DNA of 64,000 bases from Chrysomallon squamiferum (taxonomy: Eukaryota > Animalia > Mollusca), in contig CM022671.1 of assembly GCA_012295275.1 (NCBI GenBank), forward strand, positions 30,752,001 to 30,816,000, given 5' to 3'. This document shows positions 1 to 33,209 of the stretch, piece after piece. The notes under the pieces are model-generated. The model saw only the letters and a program-made list of their open reading frames with translations, was not told where the DNA came from and did no database searches. Position 1 is the stretch's first letter, and every line of letters starts with the position of its first letter. The position numbers and the translations under genes are program-made.

Positions 1-440
1 GATTATAATGGGAGGCAAATGGGCGTGAGATTATAAACTTGTTGTATAAAACACCTAATTATTTTAAAACTGGCCAGAAATGTTATAATTTTTATAGTTA
101 AGACTAATTTGGAAAAGGAGGTGTAAGAATATAAATAATGAAATTAATAAATCGTAGCTGATAAAAGGTTTGAGTGGAAGTTCTGATGCAAATACTGTCA
201 GATCACTAATCCAACATTTACTCTGTATTCAACACTGACAGTTCGTGTTTCTGCGAATGATTCGTTAGATAATAAGTATTCAGTAACCAGTTATTTCTCT
301 GTCACGACGTTAACCAATAATCTCAAGAAAATCTGTTTCATTGAATATTGTCTAGGTGTGGTTCTGTGAATATCAGCTGAAGTAACGTACATTCGAATAA
401 CACTTACCAGACATAAACTCTAAGAAATCTGTTTGATTGA

Positions 441-540
441 CTATATTTTAAATAATGTTATTTTCCACTTATCAAGTTTCTATACTACATTTTAAATAAT
501 GTTATTTTCCACTTATTAAGTTTCTATACTACATTCTAAA
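441..540. repeat. ~47-bp tandem duplication in a Hillarin intron
   Basis: attttaaataatgttatttt(t)ccacttat(c/t)aagtttctatactac occurs twice. Confidence 0.7.
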
Positions 541-557
541 TGGTTATTTTTCCTTAC

Positions 558-13039
<12,482 letters not shown>

Positions 13040-13544
13040 TTTTGTGAATTGTCCGCCTAAAACAAACCGACAGTTGTCCTCTTTTAATTCAGATTCAACA
13101 CGAACAAGAAGTAATCCGCACGAATAAAACAAAATTTTCAAACGCCGCCATTTATAATTTCAGAACTCAGGTTGTGTTGTGACTTTTTTTGTCGTGGGCT
13201 TGCCTGACCTAGTTTCTACATACCTGGCGTCATGTTCGCCCTGAACATGGATAAAAAGCTATGGGCGATTTAAAGTAGTATAGATTATTTACCCGACAGG
13301 TAATCGTACTTGGCCTGTTAAACATATCAAATGAGTTTTAGCAGTTAATAGTTATAACAAGTGAGAAAAAAGGTTTTACAGGTGTAATTTTATCTTACGT
13401 TTTCTGATACTTCCGAATATTTTTGTTGATTTGAAATTCTCTTATTTGCGTTAGGAGTGAAAGAATTTATAGGTAAACAAGAGTTTTAGAAAGAGAATAC
13501 TGTATATTACTAATAGCGTACGTTCTGTTCCATCTTAATTATTC

Positions 13545-13592
<48 letters not shown>

Positions 13593-13646
13593 TTCTTCTT
13601 CTTCTTATTATTATTATTAAAATATTTTATTTTATCAATAAAACAC

Positions 13647-13682
<36 letters not shown>

Positions 13683-14688
13683 GATTATAAATAAGTAAAT
13701 AAATGAGTAAATAAATAAATAAAACTAGACAGATAGCAGCAACATATCTGTATAGAGGTTACACCTTCCCCTAGATTGAAAAAAAAAACAAAAAAAAAAA
13801 AAACAGTTGGACAGGGATTTAGACTAAGAAGAGAATTGATCACGTGTCTGATTAAACATCGACCATCAGCTTTCTAATCACTGAACTGAAAACTATAATA
13901 TAGTCTATGCCATAGTATATGTATGTGTGTGTGTGTATGTATGTATGTATGTATGTATGTATGTTTCAGTTTCTCAAATTTAACTGCTCTAATAAATTTA
14001 AGATTTATGATGCAAAATTTTATTTTCTGATGTACATGTAATATTTTTTTCTTGTTGTTGTTTTATTGTTGTTGTGTTTGCTGTAGTTATCATCATTTTA
14101 AAATAAATACGTGCAAATAAAATAAAATAACATCAAAAATAACAAAAGCTGAATATTTGATAATTACGAATTTGAACAAAAATACAAACGACTACAACAA
14201 TGACAACAACAGCAAAATTGCTTTAATGAATAAAATAATATAATACAGACTGCCAACAGAAAGAAAGAAATACAGATAGATAAATATACAGACTGGTGAA
14301 TAAATGAAAAAAATAAAACAATAAAAACAACAAAAAACTATCCAGCAAATGCATGTTCTTAGAAATGGGCAAGACATATTAATACAAAATTGCCACAATT
14401 AACGTATTCCATTAAAATATAGTTTAAAGAAGTTGAAATAATTAAAAGAAATCAAAACAGAAACAACAAAAAGATGAAAAAGAAAGAAAGAACATGAACC
14501 AAACAAAATGTCTATATAAACAAATCCTTAACTGTGCCTCCTATTGATACACCGGAAGTAACTCATTTACAGGTTGAGATTAGAAACGTCATTGTATAGA
14601 CTGAATTTGTATATTTTAGTGCGCTTTACAAAATCCGAGTAAATATTATCCTGGAACCAGTTGAACAAAATAGTCGAAGCTAGTGTTC
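13040..14688. promoter_or_regulatory. Divergent intergenic/promoter region between Hillarin-like and GDPD1
   Basis: Head-to-head start codons are 1.65 kb apart. There is a YY1-like AAATGGCGGCG on the minus strand at ~13143-13153 and an ETS-like ACCGGAAGT at 14551-14559. Confidence 0.5.
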
Positions 14689-14937
14689 ATGATATTTTTT
14701 TTTACTTTAATCATGGTAGTTTTAGCGATTGTAGGAGGTTATATAATTACGTCATTGTTATTATTTAAATACCCACACATTCTGCACAAAAAGAAAAATC
14801 TGAAATTTCGCTGCAGACATATAAGTCACAGAGGTGGTACGTATTTTTAATTTATTAAAGAATAATTGTCCGGTATATAATAATATATAATATATTAAAT
14901 AATAAATAATAAAATATCTATTTGAAGTATTTCATAA

Positions 14938-14980
<43 letters not shown>

Positions 14981-17503
14981 ATAAATAAAATATGTTATGT
15001 TTATATGTATTACATATCTTATTCATAATCGTCCATTAGATATATTTAATTTATAATGATATAATAATAATTAAAAAAAAAAAAAATAATAATAAAAAAA
15101 AAATGTTTATTTATATTTATTATTTTATGTAAATGTTTCAGGAGCTGGGGAAAACTTGGAAAATACTATATCTGCCTTTAAACAGTTGAGTTCATTCATT
15201 TTAAAATCACTTTTAATAAATAGACTTTAACTCTTTGGATTGGTCATCCTGGTAATATAATATAATATTAAAAAAGCTGATTACCATAATAATAAATACA
15301 CCACAACAATAGGCATAAAAGATAAATAAATAAATGATTTATAATTAAGAGAAAAAAAATGTAATAAAACTTAATAATATTAAAATAAAAAACGTTTAAC
15401 TTATAAGTTATATATTTTTTAAATAGTTATTTAAGTGATTAATACTGAAAATTTTTATTATGTATTAAAATTTGATAATTAGTAGTTTTATGTTTCAGTG
15501 CTGTTAGTCAGGGAACCGATATGTTGGAACTGGACTGTCAAATGACCAAAGATGGACAGGTTGTTGTCTCGCATGACAACAACTTGGAACGTTTGTGTGG
15601 CCTGAATCTGCAGATCTCAGACTGTGATTATGAGGTATGTAATACGAGAGTTATGTAATGATTTTGTTAATTAGATAACATTTTATTATTATAATTATGT
15701 ATTTCAGAAGATTCAAGTTTTCTGTTGTTTTTATGTTCTAGAAATTATGTGATACGAAAAAGCTTCTAAAAAATCATTATTACAGTGTCAGATATATTAA
15801 ATATAGTACACAAAACATGTATTTATAAAAAAAAAAAAATTAAAGCTGACAGAAAAAAAATATGTCACTGATTACAGGGTGGGGGGGGTGAGTGGGAATT
15901 GCTATAAAATATGCATTATCCAAAAAAATAGATATTCAGTCAAGTTCACTTACAATTCAGTTATAACTTGCATATATAAATAAATTTATATATTTAAGCA
16001 CTTTTAAGAATGACAGAATGAACATAATCGGTCTATGAATATTAATTTAAAGTCTTTCTTAGTTTCTAGTATTGTATATATGAAAGATATGAAGTTCAGT
16101 TGCTAAACTATTGTGTTCCTCTTCATTTAATTATTTTACATACATGGAAAGAAATACTGTATATAATAAATAATATACAGATTTGTATTTAGAATAATAC
16201 ACACAGAAATTGTATGTAGTGTAAAACTGTCACATTTTGTCACAGGACATTAATCTTAAAGTGACAGTAACATTTAGGTGATGTTTAGTGATTCATTCAT
16301 TGTTCTGTAGAGTACAAGGGAAGCTTATCCAAGCTCGCCAGTTCAAAGTCCACATTTACTGGATTTCAATGTAATTTGAGTGACCAAATTAGAAATGTTA
16401 CGGATCTATTTAGATAATTGTGAAACATATGTTCATATATCCATACAACATTACATACATATAAATATATGCACACACTTACACACACACACACATACAT
16501 GTACACACATGCAAAAAGACTAAGCATGCATACATACACACACCACACACGACATACACACAAACACAAACTTGACTCACATACATATATACATAGATAC
16601 AGACCCGCAAAGACAAAAATACACACAGAATTTGACAGATTTTGGCAGTTTAATTGGCGTAACTGGTTCAAGTTAAATGAAGGGATGGTACAGAAAATGT
16701 TCAGGGTACAAGTATTTTGAATAATGTTCAACTTACATGTTTGTCAAAAATACTCCTATAAATAATGGCATCAAATGCATTAACATTTAACAAGTTTATT
16801 TTACTAGCAATCAAATAAAATCAAAGTGTCTGTTTAATTTATTAAACAAAAGAAAGTTCACTATTGCTGCCGTTCCTGATGAATTGTGGGTGGCAGGCCT
16901 GCCATATCTTACAGGAGGTAGCAACACCTCTGTAATCCCTAGGGGCCAGGCCTTACCGGTGACCCCTGTACAACATCCTGGATCTACACTTATAATAGAT
17001 TATAATAATAAATGTATGATGTATTTTCAGAAACTGCCTTTATTGAAGGCTGGCCTGGAACTTGATTTTTACAGTAGTAAGTATGGAAATTATATATATA
17101 TATCTCCTGTGAATTTATCAGTATTTATATTACCTCATATTGTTAGTTTTATTTCATGTGTTAAGATTTAAGGCCTTTCTTCTTATTATTATTATTGTTG
17201 AATATTGTTGTTGTTATTATCATTTATTGTCATTATCATCATCATCATCATCATTATTATTTGTTTATTACTATTTATAATAATAATTATGGATATTGTT
17301 ATTAGTTATGATTATTATCATTATCACCATTATTATTTTATTTATTTATTAATAATATTAATAATAATTATTGTTATTATTTGTGATTATTATCATCATC
17401 ATCATCATTATTATTTATGATTATGATTATGATTATGATTTTCATTTTTATTAGTAATAATAATAATAATATTTTCATTATTTATTTATTTATTGTTATT
17501 ATG

Positions 17504-17539
<36 letters not shown>

Positions 17540-19200
17540 ATAATATGATGATGATGATTACTGTTTTGTAGCAGATCATGTATGTTTGGGTAGTGACAGA
17601 AAGATTCCTCTACTAAAAGAAGTTTTTGAACAATTTCCTCACTGTCCAATCAACATAGACATCAAAGTCAACAACGATGAGCTTATCTCCAAGGTCAGAT
17701 TTTGATCATTTTAATAAATCACAATGAGCTGGATGCATGGATAATACAAATTTGCTACTATTAATTACTTATTATTTAATTTTTAAAAATATTTTTAGTT
17801 CATTGTAATTTCTGACAAATAATTATGTCCCGATTTCATTTAGTTTGCCAGATTTTTTTAATGGATGTTTACTTTAAGATGTGCAAATGTTTTTACTGCA
17901 AGCTGTATGATGTATTAATATTTACAACAGGCTGCATAAAGTTTGCTATAAGCAGTGTAATGTTTACAGGTGTATAGTATTGTGAAGGAATACAACAGAG
18001 AGGATATATCAGGCTGGGGTAACCGTAGCGACCAGGTTGCCCAGAAACTGTATAAACAGGTAATTATGATATCATTTTTAACTTATGCAAATGTGTAATT
18101 TTATTTTATTTTAATTTTATTTTACTTTCATATGTATATATATATATATAAAATAATGGCTTAATAAAAGTCAGAATTAAGTCTTTATTCAACTGCATGA
18201 TGTTGTTATTTTATAATTATATTTTATTATTAACAAAGACTGGACAGCCAAAATATATAAAAATAATTTAGAAAATGTTTTATGGCCATTTGCAAGGTAC
18301 ACTCTATGTTTTAAATGCCAAATGTTTTTGTTTTTTTCAAATTTATGGCTTAAATACATACTTTTTATAAACTAATCTCTATCAGAATACTTTAGGTAAA
18401 TACATATTTTGTTAATTGTCCTTGAGTTCACTACAGCATTATTATCTACCATATTTATGTTCTGATATACATATATTTTCAAATTATATGTTCCAGTGTC
18501 CAGATATACCTTTGATCTTCTCCATGAAAAGAGTTGCCTTTCTGATTGTCCTATTTTACACTGGGTTACTTCCCTTCGTTCCTTTAAAAGAATCCTTATT
18601 GGAGATTATAATGCCGAGAATTTTGATTGAGTGAGTTTTATCAACTTATTTTATTTTATTTTACATATATTTTGTAGCTGATATATATTTATGATGCTTC
18701 TAAGTTCCCACAACAGTGTTACAGTATAAAATCCTGATAATTGTTTAATTTTATTTGTAATTTCTCCTCGAAACAAATTTAACAATTACATTTATGAAGT
18801 AAATGTTTTATTTCTGTTTTTTTATTTTTTATTTCAGTGATGCAAAATTTGCTGGCACTTTTTCAAGAAAAGAACAATTGATTATTAAAATACTTGATCT
18901 GTGAGTTATTGTTTCATTGTTACTTATTTGATTTATTTCCTTATTCTCAATTGTAAGTTTGGAATATTGGCGTAAAAAATATAAAAATAAAAAGAATATA
19001 AACCATATATTTCCTTAGATATATATAACAAAAAAATATATGTATTACAGCTACACTGACAAGAAAGAAATCATAGTTTAAGAATTATTTACTTGGGAAC
19101 TTCTGTAGTTAGATTAACAAAGCGATTTTAAAGAATTGAGAAATTTAAAATAAATTAAATAAATGAATTAAATTAAATAAATAAATAAAATGAATGAAAA

Positions 19201-19247
<47 letters not shown>

Positions 19248-19728
19248 ATGGAACTGAAATTTATTAATAAAAGTAAAACACTAATTAAGAAAAAAATCAT
19301 TAATATAATAATTTAATTTTTACAGATTGCTGATGAGGCCAGCTCTATTTGAACATCTTAAAAAACGTGGAATTCAGGTATAAATATTCATTTTAATACT
19401 TTTATCATAAAATACTAATTGTACATGCATGTGTAAACTGATTTGCACACACAGTCACTGAGCATTTTCCTACATAACTTAATCCTTCATAATTATTTTG
19501 ATGTTTCATTAATAAATATTTATTCATTCATTGTGCAAGAAAACAGGAGACTGTCATTAAACATTAGTAATTACTGAGTTAATTAATTAATTCCAGACCT
19601 ACCTGTGGGTTCTGAACACTGAAGAGGAATTTGAGAGAGCGTTTAAGCTAGGTGCTGATGGAGTTATGACGGATTTCCCCTCCAAACTGAGAGAGTTCAT
19701 TGCCAGCCACCCAGGGTTATGTAGATAA
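14689..19728 (+). CDS. GDPD1: Lysophospholipase D GDPD1/GDPD3 type (GDE4/GDE7 family glycerophosphodiester phosphodiesterase), ~320 aa, catalytically intact
   Basis: Ten GT-AG exons: 14689-14836, 15142-15184, 15499-15634, 17031-17076, 17575-17693 (or from 17572, NAGNAG), 17970-18059, 18497-18630, 18838-18900, 19326-19377, 19597-19728. The product has an N-terminal TM, HISHRGGAGENLENT, DMLELDCQMTKDGQVVVSHD, PINIDIK, a hydrophobic FYTGLLPFVPL segment and RGIQTYLWVLN..GADGVMTDFP. Confidence 0.95.
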
Positions 19729-22144
19729 TATTCTTTACTTGGAAATATAAATATTAATTTTTAATTTCAAGGAATTTTATAATGTATATGAAGAGATATA
19801 TACATTATACAGATATGTGTGTGTACATACGCACACACAAACATTCAACAAATGAATAAAGACCTGTAACTATCCCAAAATATTAGTCAGTATCTCATAA
19901 ATGAACTTCACTTTAAATCAAATAAAAATAATTTAAGAAAAAAATAATTTGATAGTGGTGCTATACTTGAACCTTTTCCTTTTTTTTTTATCAATGCAAT
20001 AGAATTCCATAATTGATTTTTTTCATTTGTAATGTTAATACTGCCTTAAAAAAAAACATAGACTAAGTTAGATTGACCACCAAATAAGATACATTGATAA
20101 ACTGTCATATTTTACTCATATACAGATAGCTGTACTTTGAACCAAACAAAAACAATGTTTATTCAGTTAGGAAAATTTGAGTGTCTATATATATGAAGCT
20201 GTTTTTGATTGGTTGAAAATCTAGCTTTACAGGCTAGATAGGAACTCTTCAAAATAAAAGTGTGACTGCAGTAAAAAAAACAAAAATGGTTTACAGACAT
20301 TTGTGTATTTGACATTTGGCAAAAGTTGGCACCTGTTTACAAGCAAAAACATTAGATTAGCACCTGAGTTTGAAGAGAATTCATTGAAAAAAGAGAGAAC
20401 AAATACAGCACAAAGTCATTACAAACATGGCTTAGAAAGCTTTTACTTTAACTACATTCTGTCTCAGTGAAATGACAGATAAAAAAAAAAGACTAAAAAA
20501 AATAATAAACTGAAAAATAAAAAAATAAGAATAAAATAATAATAATATAATAAAACTTTACAAAGATAGAAATATTTCGATTAATTACCCTTATTCAACT
20601 TAATTAAAAGAAAAAGAAAACAATCAAAAACATTCATTTATCCATAAATATATTTTTTTCAAAGTTTTCTGTGTTAAGCTGTCTTGAATGTCGTCAAAGT
20701 GACCTTCATTACAGGCAGTGAAATATTTATGCATTGACATTCATTTCATATTTCAGATACTGAGAATGAAATAGTAAACAAAATTTTAAAAAATATATCT
20801 TTATTCAGGATTATTCATGCAGTATTAAATATATATGTATAGGCTTTACTTTGAAAGTGCCTAGATGATTATTTTATTACTCATATGAATATACTAATTT
20901 GTATATATATATATTGTTTCAGATATATATTTTACAAAAAGTGTAAACATTTAGAAATATTTTAATCATTTGAAGAAAGAAAAAGATTTGAACAGAATGT
21001 GGTTAATACAAAGTGAAAATGAATGGCTATATTAAAGATGCATTTCAAAAATTTAAAATATTGCACATGTAAATATATACTTACATATATTATTTTAAAA
21101 TAATTATGTACCTCCACTTCCAGAATTGTAATTTAACCATATGTTTAATTTAACAAAAATTATATATATATATATAAAGTTATTGTTATAAACATATAAG
21201 GAATATACACTTTTCAGGCATTTAATTAGGAGGCCTTTTTAAGGATACATGATTTCAGATAATCATTTTATTAATTTTGTCTATGTTTTTATTTGTTGAA
21301 AATTCATATTAGTATTTGTAATGTGTGTATGTGAGGCCTGATTAAGGAAACAATTTCTGGGTATTTTCTTTATTCTCTCCACATTTTTTTAATAGCCACA
21401 TATTACACAAATGTTCAGATCAATTTTGTTTTTGAAAAGAATTTTTTTGTTTTAATATTTAATTTTCAGCCTATATTTATTTTTCAGTTATTGTTTTTGC
21501 TGCTTTTTAAATATATTTGTAAAAACAATTTTTTATTTTAATTCTTTTTTATATATTTAAAAGGACCAAAACTTTTTACTTTGTTTTGCATTATTTTGAC
21601 TCCAATTCATTGTGAAGTCGTGAGTGCATATCATTGCATTATATTTAAAACACATAAATATTTAATTTGATACTTTGCCTGTTTGATTTGCTTTCAATCA
21701 AATATAACTTCTAAATATTTAACATAGTTTTCAGGAAAATTAATAATAATACTTACAAAAAAAAGTGTGTGTGTGTGCTGTGATTGTGTATGGTTACTAA
21801 TACATGATTTTAACATAAACAGTTTTAAACTGTGACAACCACAAATTATTTCCTGTTCTAATTGAATACTATACTAAATAAATGAATTATTAGGTAAATT
21901 TAAAATCATTTCAGTCCGTCCATATTTGTGCAACTCTTGGCCTTAATTTTTCATTTCAGTTTGAAACCATTTTGTCCTTTCTTTCCTGTTTCCATGACAG
22001 TATTTCTCTGTATTTTTACTTTCATGTGTTGAAGATGTTATTTATACATGTCTCCACACCCATGTAAGTCCCATATTGTTTGTTTTCTTATTTCCAAATA
22101 GAAATACTTAAAAAAAAAAAAATTGAAATTGAATTTAAATTTTA

Positions 22145-22179
<35 letters not shown>

Positions 22180-22252
22180 TTTTATAATTATTATAATTAT
22201 TTTTAATATTTTATTATTATTAATATTGTTATTATTATTATTATTAATATTA

Positions 22253-22302
<50 letters not shown>

Positions 22303-24454
22303 GTACAAAGAAGGAGCATGTATGGAAATTAGATGAGGCTGTACCCATTTTATTATTATTATCTTTATTTTGGGAGTATTTGTATGTGTGCGTGCATACA
22401 TGTGCATGCACGTGTGTAAGAGTTGGATTGACATGGTCACTTCTTCTCAGCCTGTCTACTGGGCTATTTCCCGAGGGGACCAGGTACTCATAACTTGTTT
22501 TTCAAAGTGTATACAATCACCTTCTTGCACTCAGAAAGGCTTATACCATAGACAGTTGGAACGGGAAAAAAGCTGATGTGTGCACAGAGAAGGACTGGTC
22601 GTGCTTGCTGCTCACACATTAGCCAGTCAGTTTAATACTTAAATCATTATGTTGTCTCATTTTATGTTTTATTGTAGAAAAGCAAATCCCCACTTTTTAC
22701 TGTTGGTTTTTGAAAAATTGTTTGGTGATTCCTATTCTTTGTATTATTTTAATAGAGATTTATTTTCTATTATTTTAACAGTGATTTTTCTGTGTTTTAT
22801 AATTTATATTGTACAGTTTTGTACCGTATTCCGATTTTTATTTATTTTGCAATTTAGGAAAAAAAAAGAAGAGAAAAATAGAACAAGAAATTATTGTTCA
22901 TTCCACGTTTTATTTGTTTTTAATTTTATTTACGTTTGTGCCATATTTTGTTTGTGTATTTATTTTAATACCATTCAGATGTTTACTCAGATGGTTTGAA
23001 TTTTTCAAGATATTATATTTATTATTATTCATTGTTGCATTTATAAATTATTGTTGTGTAATATTAAATAAATACTGTATTATTTATCAAGTGTACATAT
23101 TTAAATTATCATTTTGAAAATTATTAATAAGTTATTTGTTTAATTTGAAATTTGGCATAAATTAGCAAATTACTGATAAATTATTATTTCGTAATTCCAT
23201 ATAAATAAATTAATATTTTACAGGTTATGAAGGAATAAATTGTTAATTGCTTCTTCAGATAAAAATTATAGATAAATAACCTGATATTTTGGATAAATTT
23301 GTTTTTAATAAATAAATAAATTGATATTTAAAAGTTTTGATTTATATATAAACAAATTTTATTATTAACTTTTTTTTTTTTTTTTTTTTTACAGACATGA
23401 ATGTACAAATTAGAATGCCGTAAAGAATTTTTGGTAATTTTGCATACCTAAATGATTATTTTGAAAAAGATAAATTATTATTTTAAAATTTTGGATATAC
23501 AAATAATTCTTTTAAACAGTTAAATCATTATTTTGCCATTTTTGATATTGATTTGTTGTTACTGTGTCCTTGATATGTATTGCTGTTAGTAGTTTGTAAA
23601 CTGTTCTGTAGATTTATGTTTTTTTCTTTTATCTTTACTTTAATTTATTCTTAATAGCCATGACAAAATGGACCAAACACACAAACACGCAAGCACGCAC
23701 TCGGACACAAACAAAAATGTACATACGATAAGACATACCACTCATTCACTCGCATACAAACACGTGCATGTGCTCACGTACTCACACACGCACAGACACA
23801 CACGTAAATCTATATACAAGACGAGAGCTGGGAACCAGGGTGGTATGACCCCGAAAGAAATAAAAGAAATGAGACTGGATCACGAGGGGATTAATGCTGA
23901 TAAAATCCATCAGTGTCTGAATGTCATTCACGTTTAACATTATGAATATTACCTGATGGATATTACTTTTGAAACTTTATTACTATCACGTGTAATTTTC
24001 TTACATACGTTAATTACTTCAGTATGGACAATGTCACAAACATTGCTTGTCCCAAACCTCATGCTTACTGATCTGACCATCCAGGCAAGGGTACCCACGT
24101 TTCCCAACGCCGCCGCACTCACGCACCCGTGCACGCACGCACACATACGCAATCGTTTTTCAACATCAGAATATACACAGATACACGAACACACACTTAA
24201 CATACACACAGTTGAAATGATATTGTGGTACATATTTGCTGAAACCTGTTAAGTTTATGTCAGTAGAATTTCTTTTGTTACTGTTTTATTTTATGTTGTA
24301 AGTGGTAACTCTGTCTTTAAAATAAAATTATTTAAAATTTGTGTTTGTTGTTCTTAAATCCACTTATAAATCGTAAATAAATGTAAGGAAATTATGAAAC
24401 TAAAAATGGCATAAACGAGGAAAACACAGAAAAGAACCATAAATATGCAAATAT

Positions 24455-24485
<31 letters not shown>

Positions 24486-25043
24486 TTATTTTAGTTGTTG
24501 TTTTTATAATTCATCATCATCATCTTCTTATTCTTCTTATTGTTATTGCTTTTTTCATGGATGTTTCTAACATTTTTCTTACCAAATTTTATCATCTAAT
24601 TTTTCATTAAATATCTTTTATATGTGCTAAAAAATAATAATAATAAACGTCAAAATATATGAACTCGGAAGATCCCTAATCCTAATCCCTAATTCCATCA
24701 CGTCTCATTCCCCTGCCCCCGTTACACTAATTCCAGCTCCGCCTCAACCCACTGATCTGAACCCACCTACACCTCCAGACTACTGAGCATCACCAGTTTT
24801 GTATCTCTGTCGTCTCTGCGAGCCGTTTACTCGAATATGCTTCTCCTCTCTGAATCCCCGTAGACCGTTAATTCCATATTTTCATCCTCCCTTCAAAGAC
24901 TCTGTGTTATTCCCAGAGGCCACCAGGCCAGGCTCGCTTTCTCTTCCCTGTTCTCAAACCCCCCACCCCCACTGATACCATTAGTCACCATGTGTGACGT
25001 ATTCCCTAAAAATAACTCGAGTAAATGTTTTTCTATATTTAAA

Positions 25044-25074
<31 letters not shown>

Positions 25075-25245
25075 TGAAATTATTATTATTATTATATTTT
25101 TAAGTTTATTTTAAATCTATTCCTTGAATTAATTCTTTGACATCAAGCTAAAACTGAAAACATCTTTAAGACTTTATAAAAAAATAAAAAAATAATAAAA
25201 AAAAGAAGAAAAAGAAATTAAAAAAATAAAAAAATGAGAAAAAAA

Positions 25246-25267
25246 AAAATGGCTACAAAACGGAAGT
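25246..25267 (+). promoter_or_regulatory. Putative YY1-like and ETS-like promoter motifs of the GDPD paralog
   Basis: AAAATGGC followed by CGGAAGT about 100-120 bp upstream of the ATG, similar in position to the ETS motif upstream of GDPD1. Confidence 0.3.
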
Positions 25268-25369
25268 TAAAAAAGCGGAGCTCATGGATTTTTCCGTGGC
25301 AAACATAAATTAGACGATCGTGATTCATCTGCTGCTACAAAACTGCTCGCACAACACCGCGCTGGCGTT

Positions 25370-31410
<6,041 letters not shown>

Positions 31411-31530
31411 AAACAAAAACCTGTCTCTGCTCTTACAAACGCGAACGAAAAAGAACACGCACGTACACATTTAAGCACATGTTTTGAGTAAACAGTTGCA
31501 CATTTACTTACATCAAACATTATAAGGAAA

Positions 31531-31630
<100 letters not shown>

Positions 31631-33107
31631 GTCTCTCTCTGTCTGTCTCTCTCTCTGTCTCTCTCTGTCTGTCTGTCTGTCTCTGTCTCTCTCTTTCTCT
31701 TTTTCTTTCTCTCTATCACAAACACATCTGCATATATTATGATACAGATACACTATGCAGTAGATTCATTTCATGCATATAAAAAGAATATTGATCATAA
31801 ATCACAAACACGAATGGAAAGAGTTAAAATATTTACATTCTGCACTAAGCAAATTCCATATCGTATCTCTCTGTTAGCTAATACCTGATATTTTTGTTTC
31901 ACAGCAGAACAATGCAAGGTAATTACCAATCAGCTATCTACCCGTATTGATATTTTGAAATGTTGTACTGTAAAAGTGATAACAAACAATAACGTTAAAC
32001 ATAATAATTGTATAGAACAATTGATTTTTGGTCATTTCTGAAATGAATGAAAAAATAAGAGGAACTTTATTTATTTTTCTTTTATTTTTGTTTTGTTTTT
32101 TTATTTTTTAAATTGAAAATAAAAATTGAGAAAAATGACATATTTTAACAAAATAAAAATAATAGTAAATTTAAATAAATAAGCAATCAAACAAACAAAT
32201 AAACAAAAGGATAAATAAATAAATACATAAATAAAGGAAGAAAGAAAGAAAGAAAGAAACAAAAACACTTTGCAGAACAGTTAAAAAATAACCTTTGGAT
32301 TACCTGCCCCTGATAACTTTTCAGTTAATAAGTCAAAATAAAAACGATTCTTTCAGTACACAAGACATGTTTATCATCATACATATCTTTTAGCTAGATC
32401 ATTCGTAGTCGAAGTCTTACATATTTAGTAATGATAAGTCGAGTTTTACTTTTAATTATTACACAAAAGAACCCCACAGTTCATGAATGGTTGTGCTCAG
32501 AAAATCAGGGTTATATTATAAAGTATTTAATAATTACCGGTGAAAGATAAATTATTTGTCTTCTTGATGTTTTTCTGTGTTATAAGTGTAACGGTGTTTT
32601 AGACTGGCTTGTAACAAGCATTTGGACATGCATAACGCACGTACGCACAGACCAGGGGAGAGGGCTTCTCTCTTCATGTGTCTCTTCAGGTAAATATGTG
32701 TTTGCCGAATACTTCAAAATTACTGATAATAATAATATATATATATATATACAGTCTAAGTTTCAGTATGAATGATTGACGATTCAAATACATGGAGGGG
32801 TTATTATTAACATTACAGAATGTACATAATCATGTACGTGCAGACATGAGCGCACGCGCACACACTGTGTTCGTACATGCGCTTGAAAAGAGATAAGAAA
32901 ATCCCAGATTTTGTGCGTGCGTGCTTTGTGCAACCTCGTAGGACTGTTTTGTTGTGTTACTTAATGCGCATTAAATGTGTGTCGATGTTAGTGTGATAGT
33001 CGATGTGTTGTTGAAGTGTCACGTGCGTGTTTCCTAGAAAATTAATTCTAAAATTATTCATTTACTTGTCTGCCTGTGTGTCTGATTATCGATTTGTCTG
33101 TCTTTTT

Positions 33108-33209
<102 letters not shown>

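Noticed and set aside
16876-16885. CTGATGA as a hammerhead ribozyme core
   Set aside because: I could not build a correctly placed GAAA, stem III or cleavage triplet.
23800-25000. Complex and C-rich intergenic segments resembling retroelement remnants
   Set aside because: I could not read any RT or endonuclease motif, TSD or clear terminus, so it is left unannotated.
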